Below, piece after piece: positions 1 to 14,469 of a stretch of 64,000 bases of DNA. The notes under the pieces are model-generated. The model was not told the DNA's origin. It made no database searches and was given only the letters and a program-made list of their open reading frames with translations. The stretch is from Octopus vulgaris (lineage: Eukaryota). Made by a program: the position numbers and the translations under genes. Within the stretch, counting starts at the first letter, position 1. Each line of letters opens with the position of its first letter. Where the stretch lies: positions 35,216,001 through 35,280,000 of the forward strand of contig OX597815.1 of NCBI GenBank assembly GCA_951406725.2. Direction: 5' to 3'.

Positions 1-33
1 ACTTGGGATTTTGCATGCGGAGAGTCAAAATTG
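1..33 (+). CDS. Putative coding exon (5' part outside window), TWDFACGESKL
   Basis: Open frame ending TTG|gtaaca donor, phase 0, compatible with the exon at 1582. Confidence 0.45.
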
Positions 34-349
34 GTAACACAAACAAAACAGTGAAAACAAACAGGGAGGGCTGCTAAGCCTAAACGAGGTTATAGTGGCG
101 AACGCGTAAATCAAGCTGGACAGGAAACAAACAATAACACGTCTTCCTTGTTCTAGCTAGAACGGAGAGAAAGAAAGAAAGATGGCCGATGGTCACGTCC
201 GAGCCACCTGAGCAAGGAAGGAGGAGTGAGAAAGAGAGAGTTACAGAGTAATAGAATAGAATAGTGGGAGAAGAGGAGGTAAAAGAATAAGAGAGAAAAA
301 GAGAGAAAGCCGAAAAAGTAAAAGGATCATATAGAGTGCCCATCAGATG

Positions 350-845
<496 letters not shown>

Positions 846-1581
846 TTGTACTTCAGAATTAAAAGAGGAGTGCTAAATATTCTCATGGTGATGATAATAG
901 CTGCAGTTATGGTGTAGGTGGCAGTGTTGTCGGTGATGATAAGGACGGTTGTTGGGGTTGTGCTGTGGGGAATGATAGATGATGTCAGAAACAGTTACTG
1001 AGCCTGAATCATACAAATTACCATAGTTACACAATTTTTATAAACTCCTCCTCCTCTTCCTCCTTTTCCTCTCTCATTACCACCTCCACCACCACCACCT
1101 CTTCCTTCATCTCTATTTTTTCTACCTTCTTATTTTCACTCTGCCTAACTGTCCCCTAAAAATATTTATTATTACTCTCATACCCAGTTTTTCCTCTTAC
1201 ACTTTTCTCCCCCCCTCTCTCTCTCCCTCTGATTATTTCTTTATTCTTTTCTTTTTTCCCCTCTCCATTCTCCCTCATTCTCTTTCACCTTTCCCTTCCT
1301 CTAGTTTTCTTCAGCCTCTCCCTTACAACTCCAATTTCTATTCCATTCTATTTATTATTCCATGAACCCTACTGCATCTTCAGCTTTTACTCCTTTCCTT
1401 ACTGATATACCTTCTCTTCCACTCTCCTCCTTTTCTCTTTCTCTTTCCTTTGTCTCCCTTTTTCTTTTCCTCTCTCCCCTTTTCTTTATCTTTCTCTTCT
1501 CCTCTTTCTATTCCTCTCTTCTTTCTCCCTTATCTCACACATCTGTCTTTTCCTGTTAGTTTTCACTTCTTAATTCTATAG

Positions 1582-1642
1582 CTAAACACTACAGAGGCAC
1601 AGAATTTCCCATTACTCAACTGTTTCCCCAGCTTCGCGTCTG
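1582..1642 (+). CDS. Putative internal coding exon, LNTTEAQNFPLLNCFPSFAS+G
   Basis: Long pyrimidine tract and ttctatag acceptor; CTG|gtaaga donor; 61 nt, phase 0 to 1, no stop. Confidence 0.6.
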
Positions 1643-1801
1643 GTAAGATTCAAATCAAGGAAACCATCATGGTGGCAGTTTTAACTCCGGGGCGGTAGGT
1701 CTATATCACTGCCCACTTTAGCACAGTAGCCTAACTCCTGGGTGCCATCAGCGAAGTATATTCAGTTGCAGTTATTTGTTATAGACATTGTTCCCTTCCA
1801 G

Positions 1802-1908
1802 AATTTCCTGCATACGCTGACATGAAGATGCTCTCGCTGGACACCAGCCAGATCGATCTTCCCAAAGTGGGAGGGCCTGCCAAGGTCTTGAAAACTGCCC
1901 CACCTCCT
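1802..1908 (+). CDS. Putative internal coding exon, (E)FPAYADMKMLSLDTSQIDLPKVGGPAKVLKTAPPP
   Basis: ttgttcccttccag acceptor; CCT|gtgagg donor; 107 nt, phase 1 to 0, joins the previous exon in frame; GC-richer than flanks. Confidence 0.6.
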
Positions 1909-2076
1909 GTGAGGCATGCAAATACACATACGCACAACCACACACACGCACGCAACCACACACTCACACACATACACTCATGCACGAAGCACGCATATTA
2001 ATGCTTCCTGAGTATTAAGCCAGTTAATTATACATGCACACTACATACATACATACTCACGCATTCACGCGTACAC

Positions 2077-2936
<860 letters not shown>

Positions 2937-2940
<4 letters not shown>

Positions 2941-3135
2941 AAAGTTTACGAAAATAAACAAAAGACGAAGGCAGGTGGAGTACAAATAAACAAATGTATT
3001 AGTATAGCGCTCAGGAATAGAAATAGAAAAAGTCTTTTACGTTTCGAGCCTACGCTCTTCGACAGAAAGATACACAGAAAAAAAACAAGGAGAGAAAAAA
3101 AATGTGTGTAGGAGCTAACGATCTATCATGGCGTC
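2937..3135 (-). mobile_element. Short non-autonomous element, Penelope pLTR-like, ending in (TA)n and carrying a hammerhead-like motif
   Basis: Reverse complement aligns by eye with 38045-38230 and 38490-38630 (GCCATG...AGCGTAGGCT.GAAA.GTA.AAGAC...CTAATA...CCTG.CTTC.TCTTTTGTT). Confidence 0.65.
3033..3070 (-). ncRNA. Minimal type I hammerhead ribozyme-like motif (variant core CUGUCGA)
   Basis: Minus strand reads tcttt-CTGTCGA-A-GAGC-gtag-GCTC-GAAAC-GTA-aaaga: stem I 5 bp, stem II 4 bp, loopless ACGT stem III as in Penelope-associated minimal hammerheads. A6 is replaced by U. Confidence 0.55.
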
Positions 3136-3137
3136 CT

Positions 3138-3463
3138 AGCCTGCTCGTGAAATTAACGGGCAAGTAGCTGAGGCATCCCACAGACACGTGTACCCTTAAC
3201 GCAGTTCTCGGGGAGATTTAGCATGACATAGAGTATGACAAGGCTGGCCCTTTGAAAGACAGGTACAACAGAAACAGGAAGAAAGAGAGAAAGTTGTGGT
3301 GAAAGAATACAGCAAGGTTCGCCACCACCCAATGCCAGAGCTTCGTGGTGCTGTAAATGTTTTCGCTCAATAAACATTCACAACGCCCGGTCTGGAAATC
3401 GGAACCGCGATCCTACGACCACGAGTCCGGTCTGGCCCTAACCACTGGGACATTGCGCCTCCA
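3138..3463 (-). mobile_element. tRNA-headed SINE
   Basis: Head matches 25037-25140; 3' part matches 35390-35520 and 43745-43850. Confidence 0.8.
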
Positions 3464-3469
3464 CTATGT

Positions 3470-3494
3470 ATATATAATAATAATACTGATGACG

Positions 3495-3543
<49 letters not shown>

Positions 3544-3643
3544 CAATAGTAGTAGTAGTAGTAGTAGTAGTAGCAACAACAGCAGTAGTAGTAGTAGCAG
3601 CAGCAGCAATAGCAGCAGTAGCAGTAGTAGCAGCAATAGCAGC

Positions 3644-3690
<47 letters not shown>

Positions 3691-3728
3691 CAGTAGTAGT
3701 AGTAGTAGTTGTAGTTGTAGTAGTAGTA
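3470..3728. repeat. (TAA)n/(TAG)n/(CAG)n trinucleotide array
   Basis: Directly visible. Confidence 0.95.
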
Positions 3729-5334
3729 GGGAACATAATTCCAAAACTTACAGGGAAAGATTCAATTTAACAATTTTAAATCAAATTTCATAATATATGA
3801 TATATGTATATAATTTAGAGGAAAACCACTATTAAACAATTCAATAAAGAAAGATGTTGTTCACACCATATAGAAAACATATACTATAAAAAAACTTATT
3901 TTAAATCAATAAAGTATATATATATATATATATATACCTACACATACATGCATGTACATATATATTATTCATATAGAAGTCTATTACTAATGTTACTAAT
4001 GTGTGTGTATATACAAGTTTTAACGCTTCCCAACACTTCAGTAAATCAGTTTAAAAAAACCTGGTACTAAATTATACTAGCCACAAATACGTTCTTTATT
4101 CTAGCTTTATGTAACATAAACAAGTTGCTCAAACTTTCTATTTGTTCGATATATAAAGTACATGTACATGTTGAAAGCATTAAAATATTCGACCTTTTTT
4201 TTTTTTATTATATATAAACATTCAGTTTATCACACCAGGAGTTTAGAAAATTGAGCAATACTGAATCTAACGGGTTACATTTACAGTTTTTTTCTGTCAC
4301 TTTTCTTTTTTTATACACCACGTGGTTTCAGACCGAAACACATTTAGATGAAAACGGTTCAAAACCACAACTATACAAACGTTAAAAGACGTTTTCCGGT
4401 AGGAAACTGTCAGCCAGTGGCATAGTTGTATTAAAATATATAGTAAAATTACTTTAAAGGAAATGACAGCATGAAAACCAAGAAAGTTATATCGACTAAA
4501 CATTTATATGTGTATAAAATCTAGTTAACCATACATTGAATTTCGCGTAATGTCCAAGAGGAATTTTGGAACCCTATTACATTAATGTACAATGCTTTCA
4601 GCTCCATATATACCAGCTAGCACTTCTACACTTAACCACCTGAAAATGTATGCTACATCATTCTCTTATTCTTCATCTTTCTCCTTCTCTTTGCTTATTC
4701 TACAAAAGAAAAGTTCAAATTACAAGTATAAGAGTGTTAAGTTCTTGAGAAATCGTAGTTAAGATATCAAGCAAAATATAAAACACACACACACACACAC
4801 ACCAAAACGTACACGCACACGTACACATACACAAGCGCACACATACATGCATGCACATACATACATACACACTGACGCACACACACACATATATATATAT
4901 ACATACCTATATAAATCTTTAATCTTTAAATCTTTAAATTCCTTCAGCTTCAAAGCTGTGGTCATGCTGAGGCACCACCGTTAGCTGTGCTACACCGTTA
5001 TTTGAAACCTCCTCTGTGTGGCATTTGGTGAATGTGGGAGTTTGATGCTGCTGCCCTCATCTGTGTTTACTGACATGAGGTAGATTCACCTGGAACCCTA
5101 GACCGGAGGAGATCCAGTTTTGTTTTCAAGACACCTACATTCACATGCGTGACAAGCGGTTTGCTTACCAACCAAATGATTCCAGGTCCAGTCCTACTGA
5201 TTTATTTTTATTTTTCTGTCACCCTTACCATAATTCACCTCACAAATTCTGCTGTAAACACCTCATCCGATCCTTCATCATCCAACATGCAACCATCTGC
5301 TATTTTCTACTGACACCAACCAACAAACTTATAG

Positions 5335-5385
5335 ATGTACACGCAGAACACCAGCGACACCGATCACAGCTGTCTCGAAGGTTTT
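5335..5385 (+). CDS. Putative internal coding exon, MYTQNTSDTDHSCLEGF
   Basis: ctgac branch-like motif and ttatag acceptor; TTT|gtaagt consensus donor; 51 nt, phase 0-0. Confidence 0.55.
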
Positions 5386-5501
5386 GTAAGTCTTATATCA
5401 CCGTTGCAACTCGTCGTATATGATAGAAAAAGAAATATGTATTTGAACCCCAAGGAAGTTATTTCTGGTTCTGAAACGAAAGGCTAAGCGTTTATGTCTA
5501 A

Positions 5502-5899
5502 CTAGCAGTATTGCCCGGCGTTGCTCGGGTTTGTAAGGGGAAAATACTATATAAGCATTTTTAGAGATGTAAAGTATAATAGCCATATCAATATGGGTAA
5601 CCACAAAGGGGGGGTGTTACTGTGGCTTTTTACGTTCTGAGATTTAATAATAAATTTTTAGAGTGTTACTTCCCTTATATATGCCAAAAATGCATTAAAA
5701 ATGGGAAAAATTGATGGTAAATTAATTTTTTAAATCGTAGACTCATCGTAGACGCGCGCTAATACTCAGAAGGGCTCGATATGAATCACGACTATAAGAT
5801 ACCCGGTTTTGGTTAAACTGCACCGCAAAATGTGGGAGTAGTTAGGAATCTAAATCGTAGGAGACAGACAGCACACAACCTCTCTTTTATATATAAAGT
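5502..5899 (-). mobile_element. Non-autonomous Helitron-like element
   Basis: Minus strand ends CCCGAGCAACGCCGGG hairpin + caatactg + CTAG|T and starts near ctttatatataaaa; no TIR or TSD seen. Confidence 0.7.
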
Positions 5900-6119
5900 T
5901 GTATAATATGAGTGATTCTTACAAATATTGCTATCATGCAATAATGAGACAAGTTAGGTCAATTGTTTGACATTTCATAATTAGATGGCATCTATTAACA
6001 GCTGATCAGATATTTGTCTCGAAGAAGAGGAGAGAAGTGGGAGTCTGTGATCATTGCCAACAAATTTCCCACGCACACACATACATGCACGCAAATAATA
6101 GAGGAAAACGATAGATACA

Positions 6120-6177
<58 letters not shown>

Positions 6178-6265
6178 TGTTGACGTCACAAAAATTAAAA
6201 AACTTCGAAAGAACGTGTAATAATTCCTTTTTTTTTTAGAATGATGGGTCTCGAAGCAAATAAAG

Positions 6266-6341
<76 letters not shown>

Positions 6342-7450
6342 ATGTATACATTGTGTATATGTATATGTATATATGTACATGCATTGTGTATATATATATA
6401 TTATATGTATATATTGTGCATGTGTATTATATGTATATATGTGTTATGTGTATATATGTTGTATATATATTATGTATGTATATATGTGTGTGTTGTGTAT
6501 GTGCATGTTATATGTATGTATATGTTGTGTGTGTGTGTTATAAATATATATGTATATTATATATATATATATATTATATATATGTGTTGTGTGTATATGT
6601 GTGAATTATATATATGTATGTTGTGTGTGTGTGTATATTGTGTGTGTGTATATTATATGTATATATGTGTTGTATGTGTGTGTGTGTGGTGTATGTATGT
6701 GTGGTGTGTGTGTGTAATGTATATATGTGTGTGGTATGTATATGTATGATATGTGTATGTATATATATGTATATGTAGTGTGTATGTATGGCCCGCACAC
6801 ACGCGTAGACACATGTGTACATGTATATACATACACAAAGACGCGTACACCCACACCGTGTGTACGCACACACACAAGCACATACTCAATACCAACACAC
6901 GCAAAACGCATATACACGCATGCCACACAGATACACCCAACAGACATGGACACACATACGAACAAACACATACACACTAACGCACACGCAACACACTAAT
7001 AAACATTAACCACACACATACACACACACAAACGGGCACACATATACACACACCATCCTACCCCAAAAAATTCTTTAAATAACACACATCTATTTACACC
7101 ACATCTATTTACACTACCCTGGAACCAATCAAAAACAGCCCCCACACACACAAACACATGTATACATATATATGCACACACACACTCACACCAATCTCAC
7201 CTCCATACATACACACATATAAACACACAGCACCATGCCAAATGCCATCCACACACACACATACATACACACACACACAACACCAAGACAACCACACACG
7301 CGGTTGACAAACGGACACACCATCCTACCAGATCTTACAGACACACAGACACATCTATTCACACCACATATGTATGTATACACGCACACACACACACACA
7401 TACACATACACACACACACACATACACACACACAAAGACACACACACTCA
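6120..7450. repeat. Degenerate TG/TA then CA microsatellite region
   Basis: Directly visible low complexity. Confidence 0.9.
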
Positions 7451-7599
7451 CCCCATCCTGACCCCAAAATCATTGATGCTTGAAGGAGAGACAAAAAAAA
7501 GAAAAAGGGTAAATTCTTTTCAATTCCACATTACTCCTCCTTACCGGACAGGTCAGTTTTAGCTTCACCACTATTATAATGTAAATCTTTTTGAACTCA

Positions 7600-8010
7600 T
7601 AATATTCTGTACGTGTATACTGAACTCTTTTAATAATTCCTCCTGGAAATTATCTTGAGATGTATAATATATTTGTTGTAATCTTTTGTGCCCATTATTT
7701 CAATGACCTTGTTAAACTTTTTTTATATTCTCAACATACTCTTGTCACCAAAGAATGTATATTTATATGGATTATAGTACTCTGTGCCAACCAATATTCT
7801 GTGCATGTTTGAATATACAGATACAATACCAATACCAATATCAATTCCTTCTGGAAACTATCTTAAGCATGTCCTTGAGAACGATTATTTATGTAGTAAT
7901 CTTTTGTGCCCAATATTTTAAGGAACTTGTTGAACTTTTTTATGTCCTTAACATGTCCCTGTTACCAAAGACTGTATATATGTAATGTAGCAATTTGCGA
8001 CAACCAATAA
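7600..8010. repeat. Diverged tandem duplication of about 200 bp
   Basis: aatattctgt...aattcct.ctggaaa.tatctt...gtaatcttttgtgccca...accaaaga.tgtatat...aaccaata occurs from 7600 and again from 7793. Confidence 0.8.
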
Positions 8011-8226
8011 TTAACGCAACCAAACTTCTACATGTTACTTTTGACAATCTTTTTCCAAAGAGTGAAACAGGTAAAGTAAATAAACATCTTTTAAATTGCA
8101 TTTTCAAACCTTCTTTCGTATATAATTCCACTCGTGCGGTACCCCACAACTCCACTTTGTTATATATATATATCTCAGACCCTCAAAGCACGAGTGTTGA
8201 ATGTTCTCTCGTTTGTACACCTGTAG

Positions 8227-8241
8227 AGTACATCTATGTAA
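8227..8241 (+). CDS. Possible terminal exon STSM*, followed by unique 3'UTR-like sequence to about 8800
   Basis: ttctctcgtttgtacacctgtag acceptor; phase 0 gives AGT ACA TCT ATG TAA. Other acceptors are possible. Confidence 0.3.
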   Translation, partial: STSM

Positions 8242-8896
8242 AGACTCCGTACTTTGTTGAACCCTGTTGGTAAACGAAATGGAGATGCAACCACTTCCTT
8301 TCGTTGAAAAGTACCAAGATACGATCAAAGAAATATTGTATGTCACGCTTCTTTGAGAAGACATCGAGAGGCGAGGTTAAGCAGATGCGTAGGAGTCTTA
8401 AACTCTCAAGAAACACGACCGTCGGTTAACCCTCAGACAGATTTGGTTTCAAATCACAGAAATTCCCCACCACACAAGGAAACTGGAGAACCCTGAAGTT
8501 ACAGTCGATTAAACTGATTAAAACCTTAAAATTTTGGCACCACTCCAGCTCCTTCCTATAAACATTCACCTGACACTTTTTAAACACTGCCTTAACGTAC
8601 GTAATCCTGTTGATAAAGCAAAGAACGTGTATGAAGTCAGCTCTGCAACACACAAAAGGTTCCTATCTAACACCATTACGAAAACAGACAGGAACAACGA
8701 AAACACTGAAGCAAAAGGACAAAAGGATAAGCCATTCAGTTAAAAATAGAAGACTCATATGGACGCCAAATCTAATTTTCTTTCCAAACTAATTATAGGC
8801 TGATTAATTCTTCTAAAAGTGATACATGTATGTGTGTGCATATATGTATATGTATAAGTATACGTATACTCTATTACTATATTATTCTTTTACGTT

Positions 8897-9110
8897 TTTC
8901 AGTCATTTGACTGCTGCCATGCTGCAGCACCCCATGAAGGGTTTCTGTCAAACAAGGCTTATTTTTTTAAAACCTAATACTTATTCTAGCGATCTTTTTT
9001 ACAGGGACGTAGCGGTCGTTTTCATAGGGACGTAAAAACACCAACACCGATTTTCAAGCAGTGATGGAGGACAAACACAGACACAGAGACACTCACACAT
9101 AGGCACACAT
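8897..9110. mobile_element. Interspersed repeat (TTCAGTCA..GACT.CGGCCATGCTG family)
   Basis: Similar copies at 9367-9455, 57348-57530 and a fragment at 4952-4980. Confidence 0.7.
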
Positions 9111-9131
9111 ACATGCATACATACACATACA

Positions 9132-9181
<50 letters not shown>

Positions 9182-9209
9182 CAATCCAAAAAAACGGAGG
9201 AAAAACATA

Positions 9210-9365
9210 ACGACGGGCTTCTTTCAGTTTCCATTTACTAAATCCACTCACAAGGCTTTGGTCAGCCTGAGGTTATAGCAGAAGACACTTGCCCAATATG
9301 CTACGCAGTGGGACTGAACCCGGAGCTATGTGATTGAGAGGTGAACTTCTTACTACACAACCACG
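9210..9365 (-). mobile_element. SINE with CORE-like centre
   Basis: Reverse complement of 9895-10049. Confidence 0.8.
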
Positions 9366-9458
9366 TTTCAGTCACTAGACTCCGGCCATGCTGGGGCACC
9401 GCCTTGAATTTTTAGCCGAATGAATCGCCCCAGCACTTATTTTTTAAACCTGGTAGAG

Positions 9459-9493
<35 letters not shown>

Positions 9494-9655
9494 TATAAGC
9501 TAAATAATGAGAGTAGAAATTAATATAATTAATATCAATTTAAACTAGTGGCCTAGTGTGTGTGTGTATGTATGTATGTATGTATGTATGTATGTATGTC
9601 ATTGTGTCTGTGTCTCATCATGGCCACATTCTAAAGACTGAAACAAGTAGAAGAT

Positions 9656-9702
<47 letters not shown>

Positions 9703-9894
9703 GAGACAAATACCGCATCTTTGACGCCGAATTATCCAATAGATTTGAAGCGACACTATTACGCATACGTCCTCACACACGTACACATACATATATGCAC
9801 GTACGTATGCATGCTTGCATCTATGCATGTATATGCACATAATAGGTTAGTTATTTCATATTACATATATATATATATATATGTATGTATGTAT

Positions 9895-10049
9895 ATGGCT
9901 GTGTGGTAAGTAGCTTGCTTACCAACCACATGGTTCCGGGTTCAATCTCACTGCGTGGCACTTTGGGCAAGTGTCTTCTACTATAGCCTCGGGCCGACCA
10001 AAGCCTTGTGAGTGGATTTGGTAGACGGAAACTGAAAGAAGCCCGTCGT
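9895..10049 (+). mobile_element. tRNA-derived SINE with CORE-like centre
   Basis: A-box-like TGGCTGTGTGG, B-box-like GGTTCAATCTC, then TGCGTGGCACTTTGGGCAAGTG; minus copies at 9210, 35596, 57578, 59860 and 62400. Confidence 0.8.
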
Positions 10050-10115
10050 ATATATGTGTGTTACGTATGTGTGGTGGCATCTAATTACGCACACATGCAC
10101 AGAGAGAGAAAGATG

Positions 10116-10182
<67 letters not shown>

Positions 10183-10481
10183 TGTTTGTATGTCTGTATT
10201 TATGTACTTCAACTGTAGCCTTGTCACAATATTTGTCACACTGTTTCGATGCGAAGGTAATCCAATTGATCGAGCAGATATATGTTTGTGTGTGTATGTG
10301 TATGAGTGTGTATGTGTGTGTGTAATTAGATACATACCTGCTCGCCGCCACACATGCATAACACAGACAAATACACACACATTTATATGAATATACATAC
10401 TTATGTGTTTTCATATATATATGTATATATGTATATAAATATATATACTTATATGTATATAAATAAATAGATATGTATGTA

Positions 10482-10526
<45 letters not shown>

Positions 10527-11431
10527 CATATACATATGTATGCGCACACTTACACGCATTTACTGTACGCCAGTGTTTTCTGTAGATAACAGTGTAGAAG
10601 AATTGATTTACCCTGGCTTCCTAGGATTATATGACTTCAGTCAGTTTGCCAAATTTTTAACCTGGCAAAGCAATATTATACTGTGAATAAGGTATACCAC
10701 TTAACAGCCATGTTATTCTGCACAAATATTATGTATTCCGCTCTTTTAATTGAGCAAGTGTAGATTATCAATGATATCTCATTGTGTAAAACTACCGAAC
10801 ACGTCATTCAATACACCCAGGAACATGTACACACGTGCGTCCTAATATATACATTCGTACACACGTACGAACCTTCATACGTACGCACGTTGATACACAC
10901 ACATACACACACACACACATATGCAAACACATAGCCTGAGGCATATTATGCAAACAGCTACGTGATAAAATTTTCTAAAATGAACTGCCATATATATTCA
11001 CAATAATTTTATATGTGGTTGTGTATACAGAAAATTTTTGTGAATGTTATTGAGTGTGAATGTTTGTGTGTGGGTGCCGTTTTGTAGGTGGGTATATATA
11101 CGTACATACGTCCATGTATGTGTACATACATACATACATACATAAATACATACATACATATACATATGTATGAATGTATACATAAATATATACACACACT
11201 GGCAGGCACAGATGTGTGCAGACATACTCAAACATATCTATGGTTGTTTGTATGTATGCATGTATGTGTGTATATATACATACATATATACATATATATA
11301 TACATATATATACATATATACATATATACATATATATACATATATACATATATACATATATACATATATATATACATATATATACACGTGTGCACGCGCA
11401 CACTCACGCGCGTGCGCATTAGGTATATCAT

Positions 11432-13916
11432 CATTTACTATAAAATTGTTGGCAGAAAATGAGAAAATTAGTTTACGTCGAACCGAATTTTCGATGTGGC
11501 TTTAATTGTTTGTTTCTTTTGGTCACACTCTGTGTTAATTAACAGGATTTACTTCGAAACCTCCATCAGCTATTAGGGTTGTGTTGGACTTGATTCAGTC
11601 TACGAGGCTATTAGTTAGCAACGAAATTCTGCCGGAAATAATTTTGAGTGGACATGAAATGATATTCTATACTGATTTATAAACTGTATCCGGGCTTTCT
11701 ATTGTATGTATAGTTTTTGATATCGGACCGTTTATATTTTCCTAATTATACTTGAAATATTATATATTTTTAATAGCATTTGTCTAGCTCGTTGCTAGTT
11801 AATCAACACCCCCTTATGAATGCCAAAATCATCCAAACCTTTTCAGCTATGCTTGTTTTACTTTCACAATTAAAGTACAACGATGAGCTATCTCAATGGA
11901 GCTTAGGAAAATATCTTAGGTATTCTTTAGTTGTCAAACAGTAGGTGTCACATCGAATCTGCTCTGCTTATTCAAGCGAAGTTACACGACTGGTTGAACA
12001 AAAAGAGATGGATAAGTTTTGTGATGGTCAGAATATGGAAAGAACAAAGATGATCATATTGACTGTGATCTTTGTGGTGTTAACACAGTTGGGTTTCCTG
12101 GAAATAACAAGCACAAAACCACCTAACCAAAATGGTGTTTAACACTTAGATCGTTCAATCTGATGAACAATATCCATTCCCTTTTCTCTAAATGAGGGGG
12201 AAGGCTTCTATGACTGATGAAATGAATAGTGATAAAGGTGAAATTGATGGGATACTGAGCGTTCTACAAATCATGACAACAATACCTAGAGAAAATCTGG
12301 AACTAACGTCATTTATACAAAATTGTTTAAATGATTTTGTTAAAGAATTATCGCTGCTGAAATTGAACGCAGCGCTTTTTGAACTGAAGGGAAGTAATTT
12401 ACTTAAACAAAATATGCAAATAGTTGCCATCGACAACGAAATTTTAGTGTTGAGGTTTATGGTATGAAATTAAAGTTAAAATTAATTATGTATTAATTAA
12501 TTATATACAGAATACTTCGTATCAAGCAATAAAATTTCGTTAAAAATACTATTTAATACTCTTTATTGATAAAATTGGGAAAACTGAAAAGAAACAAAAA
12601 AAGTTGTTTTTCAGAAAGGACAAACTAGATATATTGAGGTTATAACAAATTTTAATTTGGCAACATGCTTTAGAGCAGATGTTTCACCTTGTTAAAGCAA
12701 TGACATCACTGAACTCTTCGCAAACTTGTTCCAGACTCGTTGCATGTAACTAACATCTTTTCATTAATTTGGTATCAGTTCTGTTGCATAAAGGTAATGT
12801 TCAACCACATGCATTTCCATTATCCATTCTACACACCTAAAAGAGACTTACAGCATTGATATACTGCTTCATATCATTCAACATCACATTCATTAATGTG
12901 CGTATGTATACCTACCTACAGTATAAGTTACAGGAATGCTAATAGGGATCATGCAAGCAAGGTACACAAAATACTGTGTCTATGGCAAAGCCATGTTAAC
13001 ACAGATCACTGTAGTAACTTTGACTGACAACTAAGGCCAACACATGTCCCAGGGTTGAACATCTCTATATATTAATCTTGGTTGTATGAAAAAGTGAAGT
13101 CAATCCATAAAGATTTCAGTGCCTTTCTCGGTACTATTCTTAGATGTGGGCATTAAAGGAGGAAATTTTAGGTAAATCGTAAATCAGAAAAGTTTTTTAA
13201 TTAATTGCATTCGAACAACCTCCTAAATAATCTGGAATTAAAAGACGAGTAAGCTGTCATATGGTTATGAGAACACTCTCTGAGAAATAAGTATCCTGTA
13301 AAGAGTGATGGAGTTAAGAATCTCTTTGACGTCTATAAATAAATGGGTCGTATGTTGTCGTTAAAAGTACACTTCCTACATTCTTATCTAGATTTCTTTC
13401 CAGAAAATGTTGGTACGGTGAGCAATGAACAAGTGTAACGATTCCATCAAGAGATTCATGAAATAGAAACATCATATCACTGATTTTAGAAGAAAGACAT
13501 GATGGCTGACTGTCTTTAGATACTATATATTGCGACGACCCAAACCATGTTTATAACAGAAAATGATATTCGCAATACTTTTAAAATTTGTGTAATCTAT
13601 ATTCTTCAATTACACGAGTATCTAATTGAATCTAATTGAATCTATGATATAAAATTGAGGTTGAAATTAATTATGTATGAATTAATTAAGTGTATACTGT
13701 GTGTATCGGCTCAAGCAATAAACAAATTTTGCATGAAATGTTATTTTAATACTACTTAAAGTACTGATAAAAGTAGCAAAACTAATAAAACGTTATGTTT
13801 CAAAAACTAAATGTGTTGAGATTAAAACTGAAAGCAGATTTGAAATCAGTATCCAAAATGCATTTAGAAAATATTAATTGCTTCTCCAGCATGAAAAAAT
13901 ATTTCGTTGATAAATG
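11432..13916 (+). mobile_element. Decayed Chapaev3-like (CMC) DNA transposon with transposase pseudogene
   Basis: Frameshifted pieces in the expected order: RIWKEQ/DDHIDCDLC (~12030-12075), LNDFVKELSL (~12330), VLLHKGN..HLKETY (~12780-12850), YTKYC (~12960), LSLKVHFLHSYLDFFPENVGTVSNEQ.RFHQEI (13350-13460). Both ends begin CATTTA in inverted orientation. Confidence 0.7.
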
Positions 13917-14469
13917 GAACTATCCAAGTACGAAAGAAAAATACATTTAATAAAAATTATTAAACTGGCCAAAATGTAAAATATCATTTTATATATCCGC
14001 AAGAGGTATTTGAGCCAACCGGTGAGCATCTAAGTAGTCGTTTCACCCGCTAGAGATAGTAGCTAAAACTCAACTGTTTTAAATAAAGAAGGACGTATTG
14101 GATAAAGTAGCCTCAGATGCGAAGAAAGACTGGATAGTCATAATTTCATCTAGTCATGACTGGATAACTAGACTGTCATGCCTTTGATTATAAGTCTCAT
14201 CTATCAGGACTAGCCATTGGGATAAACAACATCTACAAAATCACAGTCCCTATCCAAACATACACGCTCGCACGCATATACACATACATACACACATACA
14301 TAAGCATTGTTTATTCATGCTGTTCTACCGCTACTACAATAGCTCATCTGAACAAGCAAGCCCTTGTCACTCTCATTTTTACGCTCATCTAAGGTAACTG
14401 TGTCATGTCGTCCCGTAATCCTTATAGTGCATCACTACATTTACCCGTCTCCAAACATTCTGCCTTATC

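Noticed and set aside
7552-7584. Alternative terminal exon VSFSFTTIIM*
   Set aside because: Acceptor-like site only; cannot be distinguished from chance without RNA data.
10567-10690. Additional coding exon (DNSVEELIYPGF...)
   Set aside because: Open only in phase 1, which does not fit the upstream phase-0 exon, and a stop precedes the donor.
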